From NCBI RefSeq assembly GCF_009914755.1, contig NC_060940.1: 64,000 nucleotides of DNA; one strand, written 5' to 3'. Source of the DNA: the human T2T-CHM13v2.0 reference genome, Homo sapiens. This document shows positions 1 through 32,772 of the stretch, piece by piece. The notes under the pieces were generated by a model. The model had not been told where the DNA came from. It saw only the letters and a list, made by a program, of their open reading frames with translations, and ran no database searches. Made by a program: the position numbers and the translations under genes. Position 1 is the stretch's first letter; the number at the start of each line of letters is the position of its first letter.

Positions 1-6
1 GTTTCA

Positions 7-908
<902 letters not shown>

Positions 909-1690
909 ATTTATATCAAGAGGCAGGAAGCCCACATTCTAGTATTTCCTTTACACTTTCCACGTGATTTTGGAAAAATCACATAATCCCAACTACCTTG
1001 TCTTTAAAAATAGTAATCAATTGGCCAGAAGTGGTGGCTCACGCCTACAATCCCAGCACTTTGGGAGGCCGAGGTGGGTGGATCACTTGAGGTCAGGAGT
1101 TCGAGACCAGCCTGGCCAACATGGCGAAACCCTGTTTCTACTAAAAATACAAATATTAACCGGGTGTGGTGGTACGCACCTGTAGTCCCAGCTACTCGGG
1201 AGGCTGAGGCAGGAGAATCGCTTGAACCCAGAAGGGGAGTTTGCAGTGAGCTGAGATCATGCCACTGCACTCCAGTCTGGGTGAGAGAGCGAAGCTCTGT
1301 CTCAAAAAATAAAAAGAAAGTAAGTAAATAAATAAATACTAATCAATCAAGACCACCCATGCGTAAAGGTATGGACCATCACCTGCTTACTTTCTTTGGT
1401 GAATTATGAATTATGTGAATTTTTTCCAAATTCTAATATAAATACATCTGTACTTAGTAATGCAACAGAAGTGGTATAATTTTCTTTGTTTTCTTTAAAA
1501 AACCAAGTCTCACAAATTCAGAGTTCCATAATCCTCCGTAAAACAAGAATTTATTATAAATAGTACCATACCTGTGACAATGTTTATAAAGGGAGATGAT
1601 CTTTTCCTTTGAGAACTATGTGCTTGACAAATTATCACCTTCTTATGACCTGAAATAAAAATCCTTGCCTTTCTTACCCCTGTATGTTCA

Positions 1691-1691
<1 letters not shown>

Positions 1692-1732
<41 letters not shown>
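1692..1732. repeat. (CA)20 microsatellite
   Basis: Uninterrupted CA run. Confidence 0.97.
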
Positions 1733-1734
<2 letters not shown>

Positions 1735-1966
1735 GCTCTGTTTCATACTGTAAGGCTTGCCCGGTCTACTGTGAAGTACCTGGGAGGGAAAAAAAAAAAC
1801 AACTCTAGAAATGAAATGGAAATAGATATATTTTTACTCCATGACATTCTAGATCTGGGCCACAGCCTACTCTCCATGAAAGAAAGCCTCCTACAACAGC
1901 ACTGCAAGGGTACCGCATGTCACTTAGAACAGTGACAGCACCACTAAGCGCCAGACATTGTGCTAG

Positions 1967-2356
<390 letters not shown>

Positions 2357-2958
2357 TAATCTAAGGCAGAGAAAGCTTCCATTGCTTTTACAGTGAATAA
2401 ATAAATAAGTGGTTGAGGCAGGAATTTTTTTTTTTTTTTGTGAGACAGGGTCTTTGTCACCCAGGCTGGAGTGCAGTGGCATGATCTCTGTTCCCTGCAA
2501 CCACTACCTCCCGGGCTCAAGTGATCTTCCCACCTCAGCCTCCTGAGCAGCTGGGACGTCAGGCACGCACCCATACCCAGGCATGCCCAACTAATTTTTG
2601 TATTTTTTGTAGAGACCGGGTTTTGCTACATTGCACAGACTGGTCTCGAATTCCTGGGCTCAAGTGATCTTTCCACCTCAGCCTCCCAAAGTGCTGGAAT
2701 TACAGCACCGTGCCTGGCCGAAGCAGGATTTTAAACTAGGCAGTCGGGTTGCAGAACCCTCATTCTTCACCACAATGCTTTACCGCCTCCTAGTGTTTAT
2801 TTACTTTTGTAAAATTTTTTTTTGCAAGCCGGGCACAGTGGCTCACCCCTGTAATCCCAGCACTTTGGGAGGCCGAGGCGGGTGGATAACCTGAGGTCAG
2901 GAGTTCGAGCCTGGCCAACATGGTGAAACCCCGTCTCTACTAAAAATACAAAAAATTA

Positions 2959-3168
<210 letters not shown>

Positions 3169-3220
3169 TCAAGGGATCCTTTTGCCTCAGTCTCCCAAAG
3201 TATCAGGATTACAGGCATGA

Positions 3221-3950
<730 letters not shown>

Positions 3951-3982
3951 CAGCAAAAGTAATATGTAATTTATATAATTAA

Positions 3983-4195
<213 letters not shown>

Positions 4196-4251
4196 TAGAG
4201 ACGGGGTTTCACCGTGCTAGCCAGGATGGTCTCGATCTCCTGACCTCGTGA

Positions 4252-4512
<261 letters not shown>

Positions 4513-4708
4513 TAGTAGAGACGGGGTTTCACCATGTTGGCCAGGATGGTCTTGATCTCTTGAACTCGTGGTCTGCTCACCTCAGCCTCCCAAAAATAAT
4601 TATTTTTAAATAATATGTTGAGATAACCTAAAAGAAAGTCACATTTCATATTAATTTTTCATATATGTCTGGACTCTCTATTCTGTTCCATTTGTTTTTG
4701 TTAGTTAG

Positions 4709-4924
<216 letters not shown>

Positions 4925-4969
4925 TGATCTCAAATGGGAATACAGGCGTGAGCCACCACGCCCGGCCAT

Positions 4970-11441
<6,472 letters not shown>

Positions 11442-12186
11442 TGGTGGAAATATTTTATAATGGTATGTGACTGTTCATCAATTTCCAAATTTGTGTTCAG
11501 TGATATCACATTGATATCTTGAAACTGGCCATGGTAGAAGTATTTATACAATGGAAATCAGTATAAATTATTGTGTTGGTTTATTAATTGACTGAACAAG
11601 GGGGTCAGCAAACCTTTTCTATAAAGAGCCAGATAATATTTTAGGCTTTGTGAGCCATGTACAGTCTCTGCTTCTTTGGTGGTTAGATCTCAGGCTGTAC
11701 AAAAAAACAGGCCATGGGTTGGATTTGGCCCACAGGCTATAGTTTGCCTACCCCGGGTCTAGACTTAAGAAAGTAGTAAAAAAGATGCTTGTAAAGACTG
11801 AACCCAAAACTGTCATTTCTTTAGCCATTACACTGCAAATGCACAACTAATTAAGGAAATATTCTTCCCAGTATTCAAAACCTATCATTTAATTCAGCAA
11901 AGAAGTTGCTCACATCACTAGTGACCAAGTGAAGTTCTGAAGTGGGTCTTCATTGTTTCACTTTTGTCTTACTCATTAAGATAAACAAAAATATAAAACA
12001 ACATTTAGGTTGGAACTACACTCCTTGGTCAATGACAGGAGTAACTTGAATAGTAATCAAGCATTTATTCAGTCTGGATTTTGTGACTCTGTTGATTCGT
12101 AAAATTTATAGTAAGTTACATATGTATAGAATGCATAATATTTTTTTTTCGAAGAGTCAGTTTTAAGCATTTCCAGCACACCAATG
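11442..12186. mobile_element. hAT DNA-transposon relic (MER63/Blackjack-like) containing a MER58-like MITE at about 11598-11760
   Basis: End ...agcatttccagcacaccaatg resembles the MER63 terminus. The inner element has termini ggggtcagcaaac and gtttgcctacccc. Confidence 0.55.
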
Positions 12187-12311
12187 TCTACACATGTCCA
12201 TCTGAGCTGATGATCACTCTTGGCTAAGAAAATCTGAACAGGCACAGAGAATCTGAATCAGTTAGATGAAGGTGGGCGACTGAACTCGTGTGTTGGTGGG
12301 GTGGGGGAAGG

Positions 12312-16983
<4,672 letters not shown>

Positions 16984-17114
16984 CTACAAGACTGCTTGGA
17001 AATAGCCAACGGACAGGCCTTACACCTGATATTTAACTTTCTAATTTAGAGTCAAAAAGCTCTAAAACTTGTAGGATTTCTTTTTTGTTTTATTTGCTTT
17101 GTTTTCTAAACAAA

Positions 17115-17349
17115 TTAGAGGTTAAAATGAACAGTTTTGCCTTCTGGTACGATGTAAACTCTATAAGAACAAACACTTGAAGTTTTGTTTGAATCCCATA
17201 ACAGCCGGTGTTGGCCTTGAAGAGTCCCCATGTAGTCTGTCTTGTTTCTGACTGAAAATGGGCTCCACGCCAGAATATGAATTATTGCAATGCCCAGTGG
17301 GACCAGGCAAATCAAACTAAACATAGCATCATGAAGATCTAAAACTGCA
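17115..17349 (-). pseudogene. Isolated terminal exon of a TMEM180/MFSD13-family MFS transporter, probably an MFSD13B fragment
   Basis: Strong acceptor on the - strand (tctctatcttctttccccccTAG at 17372-17350), then LHDAMFSLICLVPLGIAIIHILAWSPFSVR. This aligns gap-free to the recalled human TMEM180 end [30 protein letters not shown] (L....F.L..LVP...A......WS.F). Homology is from memory. Confidence 0.62.
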
Positions 17350-17454
17350 CTAGGGGGGAAAGAAGATAGAGAACATAGTTTCTCCAATGGCTTCTTATTA
17401 ATTCAAATTTGTTTAACAAAGGATTCGGAAAAGTTTTATCTATGAAACCATTTA

Positions 17455-17800
<346 letters not shown>

Positions 17801-18019
17801 TCAAATTATGGATAGCTGAGTCACCCCTACCTTCCAGTTGCTCATACCAGAGGAAGCTGACATGTCAACCTGTGATCACAATGCCTGGTGAAAAATGCAA
17901 CAGCTACAACAGAGGACCAAGGATGGGGACAAAGGCACAAAGGATAGGCACGTACATGTGTGTACTTGTAATAATTTATCTTGAAATTACCATCCAACAG
18001 GTTTTTATTTTTTTTTTAG

Positions 18020-18433
<414 letters not shown>

Positions 18434-18759
18434 TGATTTTCTGCTAAGAACTTTCACGAAGCCCAAAGATTCCTATGGTTCTCAGTTACATTCCAGATAG
18501 ATTGTATTTTTCATTTAAATCATGCACAGTAAAAGGGGGCCCTTGATTACTTAGAGGCTGATTGTCCAGTCTGCAGCTTCTTTTTGGTGACATGGGTTAT
18601 CTAAAATAGCACCTTATTAATTCTACCAATTGAGGAAAGATGTGAAAAAGTCAAACTATATGATAGAAGAAGAGGAGGCAGTTTGTTACATTTTCATACT
18701 AGAACCAATGGCTATTACCAGAACCTCTGTATATAACTTATTCATCTAAAAAAAATAGG

Positions 18760-19520
<761 letters not shown>

Positions 19521-20193
19521 TCACTGCTCCTCAAGATCACCCTTCAGTTATCCAAGAACTGATGGTTACCTACCCATGCTCTGCTCTTCTGCTGCTACTT
19601 TCTGGGCTCTGAGATGACCACAGAGGCCAGGGTCAAATGCTGGGCCACTCACCACATACTGATGATGCTGTCAAAATGTGGTTACCCTTCTGCTCCACCT
19701 CAATTATCTGTGGAAAACCTAATTTAAGGGGTATATGGTGTTTTGTCTGCCCGCATTTCTTCCTGTAAGAAACACGCTTTCCCCTCTTCCCTAGTAAACT
19801 GTCTCAGTCCTTACGAGTTGGTGGAGCTGGACTGCCTCACTTCCATCCCCAAGGTCAGGTACATGCCCAGATCTGGTCAGAGGACTTCATGTGTCAAGGT
19901 ACAACTACTGCCTCAGCCATGAGCACTTGACTCATACAGTGCCCATTAGCGTCCACCTGGGGACTTTTTCTGTGCTACTGGAACAAAAGTGCATGTTTCC
20001 TCACCATCTTGGGCTGTTAGCCCTATGTGAACATGGAGGTATCTTGCTGCCATGCGATGAAAAGCTTATACACAACGCAGAGGGTAAGTCAGAGAAACTA
20101 GTTAATGACATAATTTGAGATCCAAATCTGCCTGACTTTTCAGCTACAGAAGCCAATAAATTCCCTTTTTTTTCTTTTTTTCTTTTTTTTTGA

Positions 20194-20494
<301 letters not shown>

Positions 20495-21739
20495 TAACCT
20501 GCATTGAATTTCTGTCACTTGTAGCCAAAGTGGTTTGAATAATGCACCTTTCCAATTGGCACTTGTGCCCAAATTACCATAAACTGGCTGTCTCTGACCA
20601 CTCTAGGGAAAGGATTCAGTGATTTCTAATTGACCACTACCAGTGAAGACATGGGAGGTTTGAAATAGCTGAGCCCAGATTCTGAGAACGACAGGACAAG
20701 GTCATGATTGTACTTTTGAACTTGATGTTGGAGGTGTTCACAAGCATGACGCCTCTCCTGGACTTTGTTTACTGATAGGAACCACAAGATAGACGAGACA
20801 GCAGAACTAGGCCAACAATGGGTGCAAGGTGCCAAAAAGGTAATAGAAACCCAAGTTCCACTTTGAAGCAGCATAAATCAGACATTTCTCAAACATTAAA
20901 AACGGAAGTGGCCTGATCAAGACCTTTAAACGGAGTAAAAAGCCACGAAGCCAAGGCCTTGAGCAGCTAGTCAGAGAATTATTGCAATATGTGCTCAGAG
21001 ACACAGGGTTTCATGAAAAGCCCAGTCTCTGCCTGGCTGCAGCACCTCTGTGCTTTTTGTCCCAGCATTTGCTTAGCAGCAGAACCTCATTATCCTTCAG
21101 TGTTCTGTAGTTATAACAGATTCCAGCTTCAGGGGGAAAAAAATGGATTCCAGCTGCCAGGGGTTCTCTCTGGGAGATTTTCTATCTCTGAGACGAAATT
21201 GTCTTTTTCTCCCTTTTTTCATGGTGAGAGGGGCATGGAGTACACCTCTGATAATCTGCAGAGGCAAAGCCTTGCATGAGCATGCTGACAACCCTGCAGA
21301 GAGAAAGCCTTAGGCTGGAAGTTCAAGGGCAGCCAGGAGAATGAACATTTCGATGAATAAAGCAATTTGATAACTACCATGTTGTGGTCTAAGACCCACC
21401 ACTTACAGGCTTACATGGTGATTACTGAAGCTGCAACTATTTTAATGGCTTCATCTACTTTAAAGTACTGGTGATTTTTCTACTACTTCATTTAATTGCT
21501 TGATGTTTCTTGGAAGAGTTCTTCGGTCTTTCTGCTAAAATGTTATCCCAAGCTAGGAGAGATGCCATGATTTCAGAGAATTTCTTTTCCTCTATAATAT
21601 TATATATTTTCCTCTGGGTTATCAATGAACCTACTGACTACTTTGAGTATTATGCCTTTAGGATGTCTTCACCTCTCATTTCCTTAACATTTTTAAATGA
21701 ATCTCTGATAGAAAAATGAATCTGAAGCCTTGCTTATGC

Positions 21740-22400
<661 letters not shown>

Positions 22401-23007
22401 GACAGAGTCTTGCTCTGTCACTCAGGCTGGAGTGCAGTGGCACAATCTTGGCTCACTGCAACCTCCACCTCCTGGGTTCAAGTGATTCTCTTACCTCAGC
22501 CTCCTGAGTAGTTGGTATTACAGGCACACACCACCACAGCCAGCTACTTTTTTTTTTTTGTATTTTTAGTAGAGACGGGGTCTTGCTATGATGCCCAGGC
22601 TGGTCTCAAACTCCTAGACTCAAGTGATCTGCCTGCCTCAGCCTTCTAAGGTGCTGGGATTACAGGCATGAGCCACTGCACCCAGCCTAATCTTCTATTC
22701 TCAAAAGAAGAAAGTATCCACCCGCAGGTAACAGAATTCTAAAATATTACTGTCTGGACCCTTTTACTTCATTTTCCTAGCTTATACCTGCCAAATTATT
22801 GGTAAATTCAGCTCTGTGAGGTGAAGAGGGCCATATAAATGATCATACTCTCACCTTGAATCCTATCTTTAGGATCTTCTACATCACGAGACTAAAGCAA
22901 AGTCTGACTCCTTTCCACTCTTCTGCTATCAACATCAGCTCAAAAATACATAAAATTAATAAGGTTGCTTCCTGATGGCATCAGTGAAATAACTTTATGG
23001 TCATTCA

Positions 23008-23139
<132 letters not shown>

Positions 23140-23440
23140 CTATCTCTATTTAAAAAAAGAGAAATACAGAGAATCCTTTCAAGATCACCAAGTCAGTATC
23201 AATGAGCACCTCTGCAGAAAAAACAGGAGCTCAGAATGGACAAGGCCAGAGAAACCTCAGTAAGGTGAATGTGTCCGTATAGTTTCTTTCGAATTCGTGA
23301 AAAGAAAACTTGAGTCCCTATAAACTGTTGCTACTTCAAGAATAGAGAGGGAATTTCTCCTTTCTGGGCTCAGCCTGACATGTCCCTTTTAAGAATAATG
23401 GTGTGAGATGCATCGAAGGCTTACTATTTGCCTGGCTCTA

Positions 23441-24499
<1,059 letters not shown>

Positions 24500-24788
24500 C
24501 CCTGTTGGAACATTTCCCTCATTGCTACTAATTTCACAACACCCCTGAAGAAGACACTGAGGCTTAGACAGGTTAATTAAATTGGCCAAAGTTACACAGC
24601 TAGTGAGTTTGGAGCTGAGGATTTTTTACTTAGATATGAACTAAAAATCTCTTCAAGATAAAATGGTGGCAGTGCGCGGTGGCTCATGCCTGTAATCCCA
24701 GCACTTTGGGAGGCCAAGGCAGGCATATTACTTGAGGTCGGGAGTTTGAGACCAGCCTGGCCAACATGGTGAAACTCTGTCTCTACTA

Positions 24789-24995
<207 letters not shown>

Positions 24996-25397
24996 CTAAT
25001 ACAAATTTATCAGAAGGAAAAACCTCAGTTTCTAAGAAGATGGTCATATGCTTTTAGTAGAAATGAGTTAAGACACTCTCAACTGGAAGGGATCGCCTCT
25101 GACAAATCCCATCAAGTATCTAATAGTTCAAGACCTGCCTGGGCAACTGTGAGACCTTGTTTCTACAAAAAATGTTTCCCAGGCTGGTCTCAAACCCCTG
25201 GGCTCAAGCGACACTCCTGCCTCAGCCTCCCAAAGTGCTGGGATTACAGGCATGAGCCATAATCTTTTGGGCCAAATATTTTTAATAATTTAGAATGCCA
25301 CAAGTACTCATGTTCATTACAGTTAGCAACTGGACTTAATTTAAAGAACCTTGTCAAAGACACAGTGATTATCCCAATGTTCATTTCAGCAATCCTA

Positions 25398-25809
<412 letters not shown>

Positions 25810-26731
25810 TCATGTCTCACCAAAGTAATAAAATTTGACACTCAGAATATGTGGAATGTTCTAACTGCTGGCTATTTCTCACTCTTCTAGTTGACCCAAT
25901 AGTAGGCTACATGAGCAATTCAGAGGAGGGTTTTTTAAATTATTATTATTTTTACTTTTTTGCTTTCCTTTCAAGGCACTATGCTTCAATGGCTTTATAG
26001 GTCAATAATATGGAAAAACATTAATACAAAAATTTACAGCTGGGCATAGTGGTTCACGCCTACAATCCCAACACTTTGGGAGGCCAAGGAGGGAGGATTG
26101 CTTAAACCCACGAGTTTCAGACCAGCCTGGGCAACATAGTGAGACCTGTCTCTACCAAAAAATAATAATAATAATAATTAGCTGGAAATGGTGGCATGTT
26201 CCCATAGTCCCAGCTACTCAGTAGGCTGAGAGGAGAGGATTGCTTGAGCCCCGGAAGTCATGGCTGCAGTGAGCTATGATCTGACACTGCACTCTAGCCT
26301 GGGCAACACAGTGAGGCCATGCCTTTAAAAAGAAAAAACAAACAAAGAAAAAGAATAAGAAACTTACAATGGAGCATTTCAGAGCTACAGCAGAATCAAG
26401 AGTATGATACAGAATTGATACTTTGAAAGAACAAAGTCCACCAGCCCCAAGTATAATACATAAGATTAGCTCGTTTCTCCCTAAGTAGCCTAATCTTTAA
26501 CATGGCATAAAACCACCAATTTAGTCCTAATATGAAAAGAGGTCATTAAACAAGCAGGAGCCAGTTCTTGCCTGAGAATTTCCAGGTTGTTGCTTTAGTA
26601 AATATGGAAAGCACTTGTTTTCAAAAAGCAGTTTTAAAATTAGTTTTAAGAGCTGGGTGGGGTGCCTCATGCCTATAATCCCAGCACTTTGGGAGGCTGA
26701 GGCTGGTGGATGACTTGAGCCCAGGAGTTCA

Positions 26732-26947
<216 letters not shown>

Positions 26948-27093
26948 TTAGCCAGGCATGGTGGTATGCACCCGTGTCCTAGCTACCTGGGAGACTGAAG
27001 TGGGAGGATCGCTTGAGCCCAAGAGACTGCAGTGAGGTATGATCATGTCATGCCAGTGCATCCCAGCCTGGGCAATACCGCAAGTCTCTTAAA

Positions 27094-27117
27094 ATATATA
27101 TATATATATATATATAT
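27094..27117. repeat. (TA)n microsatellite, about 12 units
   Basis: Direct reading. Confidence 0.9.
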
Positions 27118-28105
27118 TAGGACTCTTTGTATCCCAGTTCCCAGCTCAGTGCTAATACCAGTAGGCACTCAAAAATGTTTGCTGAAGAAAGAATGCAAGC
27201 ATGCTTAGTGGGCTGAGTGGAAGGAATAGCCCTTTTCCTTTCATATACTAGAACTTCATTGTCATTGTTTCTTCTTTGTGCAAAATGTGGACTTGTGTTG
27301 CAAGTTTTTTTTTTTTTTTTTTTTTTTTTGAGACAAGGTCTCACTGTCACCCAGCCTGGGCACAGTGACATGATCTTGACTCATCGCAACCTCTGCTTCC
27401 TGGGCTCGTGATTTTCCAGCCTCAGCCTCCTGAGTAGCTGGGACTACAGGCGGGCGCCACTGCACCTGGCTAATTTTTGTATTTTTGTAGAGATGGGGTC
27501 TCACCATGTTGCCCAGGCTGGTCTCAAACTCCTGGGCTCAAGTCATCTGCCCGCCTAGGCCTCCCAAAGTGCTGGAATTACAGGCATGAGCCACTGCACC
27601 CAGGCACAAATTTTAATATGAGTTGGATGTATAAAACAATTAAGACAACCCATTTCTAACTTTACTACATGAAGTACCTTATCCCAGATAACTAGAAGAG
27701 ATCATATGTTGGTTTTCTTGCCCAATTAATTACCCCAGTTATAGATCTCCATTAACAACAAACTTAACCATTACATTCACTGGCTGCTGGATAGTATATC
27801 TTTGGGTCACTATTAAATAAATAAATCTATAAAATGTAGTAAAATAATCTTCCCTGCAGAACCAACATTTCTGTAACTGTATCAAGGAATCATAAACCAT
27901 CTTTTGAAAATGTCAGTGGGAAGAATCATACCCCTGAGCTATACAGTTCTGAGCATGTTAACAGTAAAATAATAATTGGATATTAGAAAACTTACTCGTA
28001 GGTATGAAATTTATTTCAAATATATATTTTGCTGAATACTTTTTTTTTTGAGACAAGATCTCACTGTGTCACCCAGGCTGGACTACAGTGCTGCGTCACA
28101 GCTCA

Positions 28106-28324
<219 letters not shown>

Positions 28325-30413
28325 CTAGGAGGCAGAGGCTGCAGTGAGCCAAGATTGTACCACTGCATCCAGCCTGGGTGACAGAGCAAGACTCTGTCTC
28401 AAAAAAAAAAAAAAAAAAAAAAAAACCCTGTTGGGGTTTGTTGGCGAAGGCCCCCCTTCCTTTTGCCACCACGGGCGCCAACCCTGTTGCCCTTCCAATC
28501 CCATCTCCCGCTGCCCCTGACAGTGCCTTTGCCAGCTGGTGCTTCTGCCTGTTCCGTCGTGGTGGCTGCTCTCACCAGGGTCCTTTCCGCTGGTCGTCCC
28601 TTTCTGCCTGGAGCTGCCATTATCTTCACCTGACAAATAGAAACCCATCTTCAGGGCTCCACTGAAACGCCGCTTCCACGGGGGCCCTCCCGGGCGTCCC
28701 AAGCAAGTTTAGGGCCCCAAAGCCCACGCCCTCACCTCTCAGACACACAGCTTTTTATCTCTACCACCGTCTGACACTCCTGGATTCCAAGCTCTGCAAG
28801 GGCAAGTCAGAGCCTAGAGCCTCCTCCCTCTGTCCCCCGTACTGAGCGTGGTGCCCGGCACGCGGGAGAAACTCAGCGGGTGTTTTTGGATGAATGAGGG
28901 ACTTTTCTTCTTTTATGCTTGCATGGCTGGCAAAGCCCCTTCTCATGGACATGTTCTTAAGACATATTTATCTTTCGACATCCTTACGTGCAGGTCTTAC
29001 CTTGAGACTCGTGGTATTTGTTTCGGGGAACTGCGGATCTCTGCTGTAGTGAGATGATGACGATGCCAGTAATGATAGCAATTTTATTTTATTTTATTGT
29101 TTATTTATTTATTGAGATGGAGTCTCCCTCTGTCGCCCAGGCTGGAGTGCAGTGACGCAACCTCCACACCTCCCGGCTTCAAGCGATTCTCTCACCTCCG
29201 CCTCCCAAGTAGTTGGGACTACAGTCGCGTGCCACCACCCCCGGCTAATTTTTGTATTTTTAGTAGAGACCGGGTTTCACCATGTTGCCCAGGCTGGTCT
29301 CAAACGTCTGACCTCAAGTGATCTGCCCGCCTCAGCCTCCCAAAGTGCTGGGATTACAGGTGTGAGCCACCGTGCCTGGGCGATGACAGTAATTTTAATA
29401 ATAACAATAACACCAGTCATAATAATAGTAAGTGGCTACCATTATTTGAGCTCTCACTGCATGCCAGGGACTGTTAGGGAGGTACTTTGTAAGCATCACA
29501 GTACTCAATCCTTGCCATAGGCATCATTATCCTTTTACAAATGTCTAGTCTGGGCCACAGACCTATAAAACAACTTGCAAAGCCCCACCGTGTGAAGCCA
29601 GGATTGGAGCCCACATTTGCCTGGCTTTCAAACCAGTGCCAATATGTGATGGTCTCAGAGGCTAACTTCCAGGGAGCAGTCTAGGTTCCGTCATCGCGGA
29701 GTTCTGTGGGCAGGGGCTTGCAGTGGCTGCGGCCCCTGCCTGCCTGGGGAGGTGGCACACAGAAGCCCTCAGCCTTCCCCATTTACAGCTTGGGAACGTG
29801 CATTACCCCCGAGAGTGGCACCGGAAGCAGACCGGTCCCTTGCGGCATCGTGTTATTTGAAATTTCCAGTAATTAGAACATCTCAAACTTCTCTTGTACT
29901 AATTTTAAGCCTTCAAACAACCCGTGCCTGCCAAAAGCCTGCTCATCTTGGTAAAAGCCCCGAACTACAAATAGATAGCTATTAACAGCATCTGTTGTAA
30001 TAGCAGAGACAATATTCTCTGGGGCCAGCACGTCACAGCCTGGAGCCGACCCCAAACGTCATCTGTTATTATGTTTGGAGAGTCTGGCACGCGCTGAGGC
30101 AATCGTTCAATTATATCTCCATGAGCCGGTTCTGACGCACCTGCTTGCACAGAACGCTGAGGCAACAGTGGCCAGTGCTGCCCGGTGGACCAGCCCTGCC
30201 GATAGCAGAGTCTGGGGGATGGGGGCTGGCAGCTTAAAGACCCCTTTTCGTGAATTGGGCTTGCCTTTTTTTTTTTTTTTTTGATTAAGGAGAATATCCT
30301 GACATTGTATTGTCATTACGAAAAGTCACTTTAGGCTTGGCACAGTGGCTTATGCTTGTAATCCCAGCATTTTGGGAGGCTGAAGCAGCAGATCCCCTGA
30401 GGTCAAGAGTTCA

Positions 30414-30817
<404 letters not shown>

Positions 30818-31314
30818 TTATCCAGGTCTGCAGCCTTAAATTGGGTCCCTAACTTTACTGGCAAGGCAAGTAGCAGAGTTTGGCCTGAACCCTACTACAA
30901 AAGCTGAGGGCCTGGACCGTCAGACCTGGGTGAGGTTGCCGGCTAAAATGGGGCAGGTGACCGAACCTCTCTGCGTCTCAATTTCCTCATCTCAAAGTTG
31001 GACTCACAGGACCTGCTCTGTAGGGCCATTGTGAGGAGTTCATCCTGGGAGGAACATAAAGTTACCTCGCAATGCCCAGCAGGTAGCAGGTGCCCAGTGA
31101 AGGCCAGCTCCTCCGCCGCACTCTGGTATGCACCAAGCCTTCTCCATCACGACAACGACGTGAGCTCATGGACAGGATGCGTGGTGCCCGGGACACGCCA
31201 GAACCTGGCCAGCGAGAGCCTTTGCCCCTTAATCAGCTGTTTCACCCCATGAAGGCTTCAGTGGCTTCCAGTTCGTTGTTTTTTGTTTGTTTGTTTGTTT
31301 GTTTTAGAGTGCTT

Positions 31315-31560
31315 CCTTTATGTCAAGCGTTGTGCTAAGGACTTCGTATTTCCCATGTGACTTAATCGTAACAGCAGTCCTATGGTGGGGGTTCAAGGAT
31401 CATCCCCACTTTACAGATGGGGAAACTGAGGCTAGGAGGGGTGCAAAAGCTGGACCTAGAGCACACAGTTTGGGAGTGGCGGCCCCAGCTTCTGAACGTG
31501 CGTCCGACTGCACACGGTTTGGGAGAAGTGACCCCAGCCTCTGAACGTGCGTCCGACTCC
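31315..31560. mobile_element. MIR element carrying a 49-bp tandem duplication (31461-31558)
   Basis: MIR core catccccactttacagatggggaaactgaggct; two copies of gcacac.gtttgggag...ccccagc.tctgaacgtgcgtccgact. Confidence 0.75.
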
Positions 31561-31903
31561 AGACCCCACTCCTGCCCCCATGCTGTATTGTCTACAGGAA
31601 GAGCAGCGAAACACGGCTTTCCAGTTTTTAAAGAAATACGCTTGGCATTTTGCTGGTGGGCGGTCTTCGCGGCGCAGGTCTAATTTTGGAATTTACAGTG
31701 GGATTTAAAGTTTTCAGTGAGATTCTCTGTTTCACCTTGAAAGAGGCTCAAGGTGTATGAATCCCACACTAGACTGATGCTGAAGAGGAGCCTGTGGAAT
31801 CCGCACCCGCTGGCATTTTCAGTAAAAAGGCCTCTGTGTCTTCCTGATATGCGTGCGCCCCGCGCGGGCCACGTTGCCAGGTTCCGGGTGCCTCTTCACC
31901 GAA

Positions 31904-31922
31904 CTGCCACCAGGGGCCGCTC
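31904..31922 (+). promoter_or_regulatory. Candidate CTCF site in a CpG-enriched patch
   Basis: tgCCACCAGGGGCCGC vs consensus CCACCAGGGGGCGC (1 mismatch). Confidence 0.45.
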
Positions 31923-32385
31923 CAGCCCAGCCCGAGTTATCCATCGGCCACCGCACCTGCTGTTCCCGAAAACGCAGCGGCCCAGACTTCCTTTGCAGTT
32001 ACCCTCTTAGAAGAACGAACGTTTCGCTTCCCTCCTCATTTGCGTATCATAGAGCCAGTGAGACACAGTAGCCTTTTTGGGTTTTCCCCTGAGCGTGCTT
32101 GGTCCCCAGCCCAGGGTGGCCGCCGTTTCAAGCAAGTCCCTTGCTCAGGTACAGGGGTGCAGATGCCCCGAGCCAGCCTGAGGAGGGGCTGCATGTCCCG
32201 AGGGCCCCATGGTTCCCCTCAGGAGGCAGATTGGAAAGGGCTGACTTGTCTCTTACTCCAATGAGTAGAGAGGCGGAGGATCCAGCCCATCAGAGGCTGC
32301 CGCAGTAAAGAATTCTGTGACAGGCTGGGTACGGTGGCTCACGCCTGTAATCCCAGCACTTTGGGAAGCCAAGGGGGGCGGATCA

Positions 32386-32772
<387 letters not shown>

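Noticed and set aside
20807-21004. - strand ORF with RGFLLRLK...CLIYAAS, loosely like TMEM180 RGLFLLKL...CLFIAS
   Set aside because: Similarity is too weak and gapped, with no convincing splice sites.
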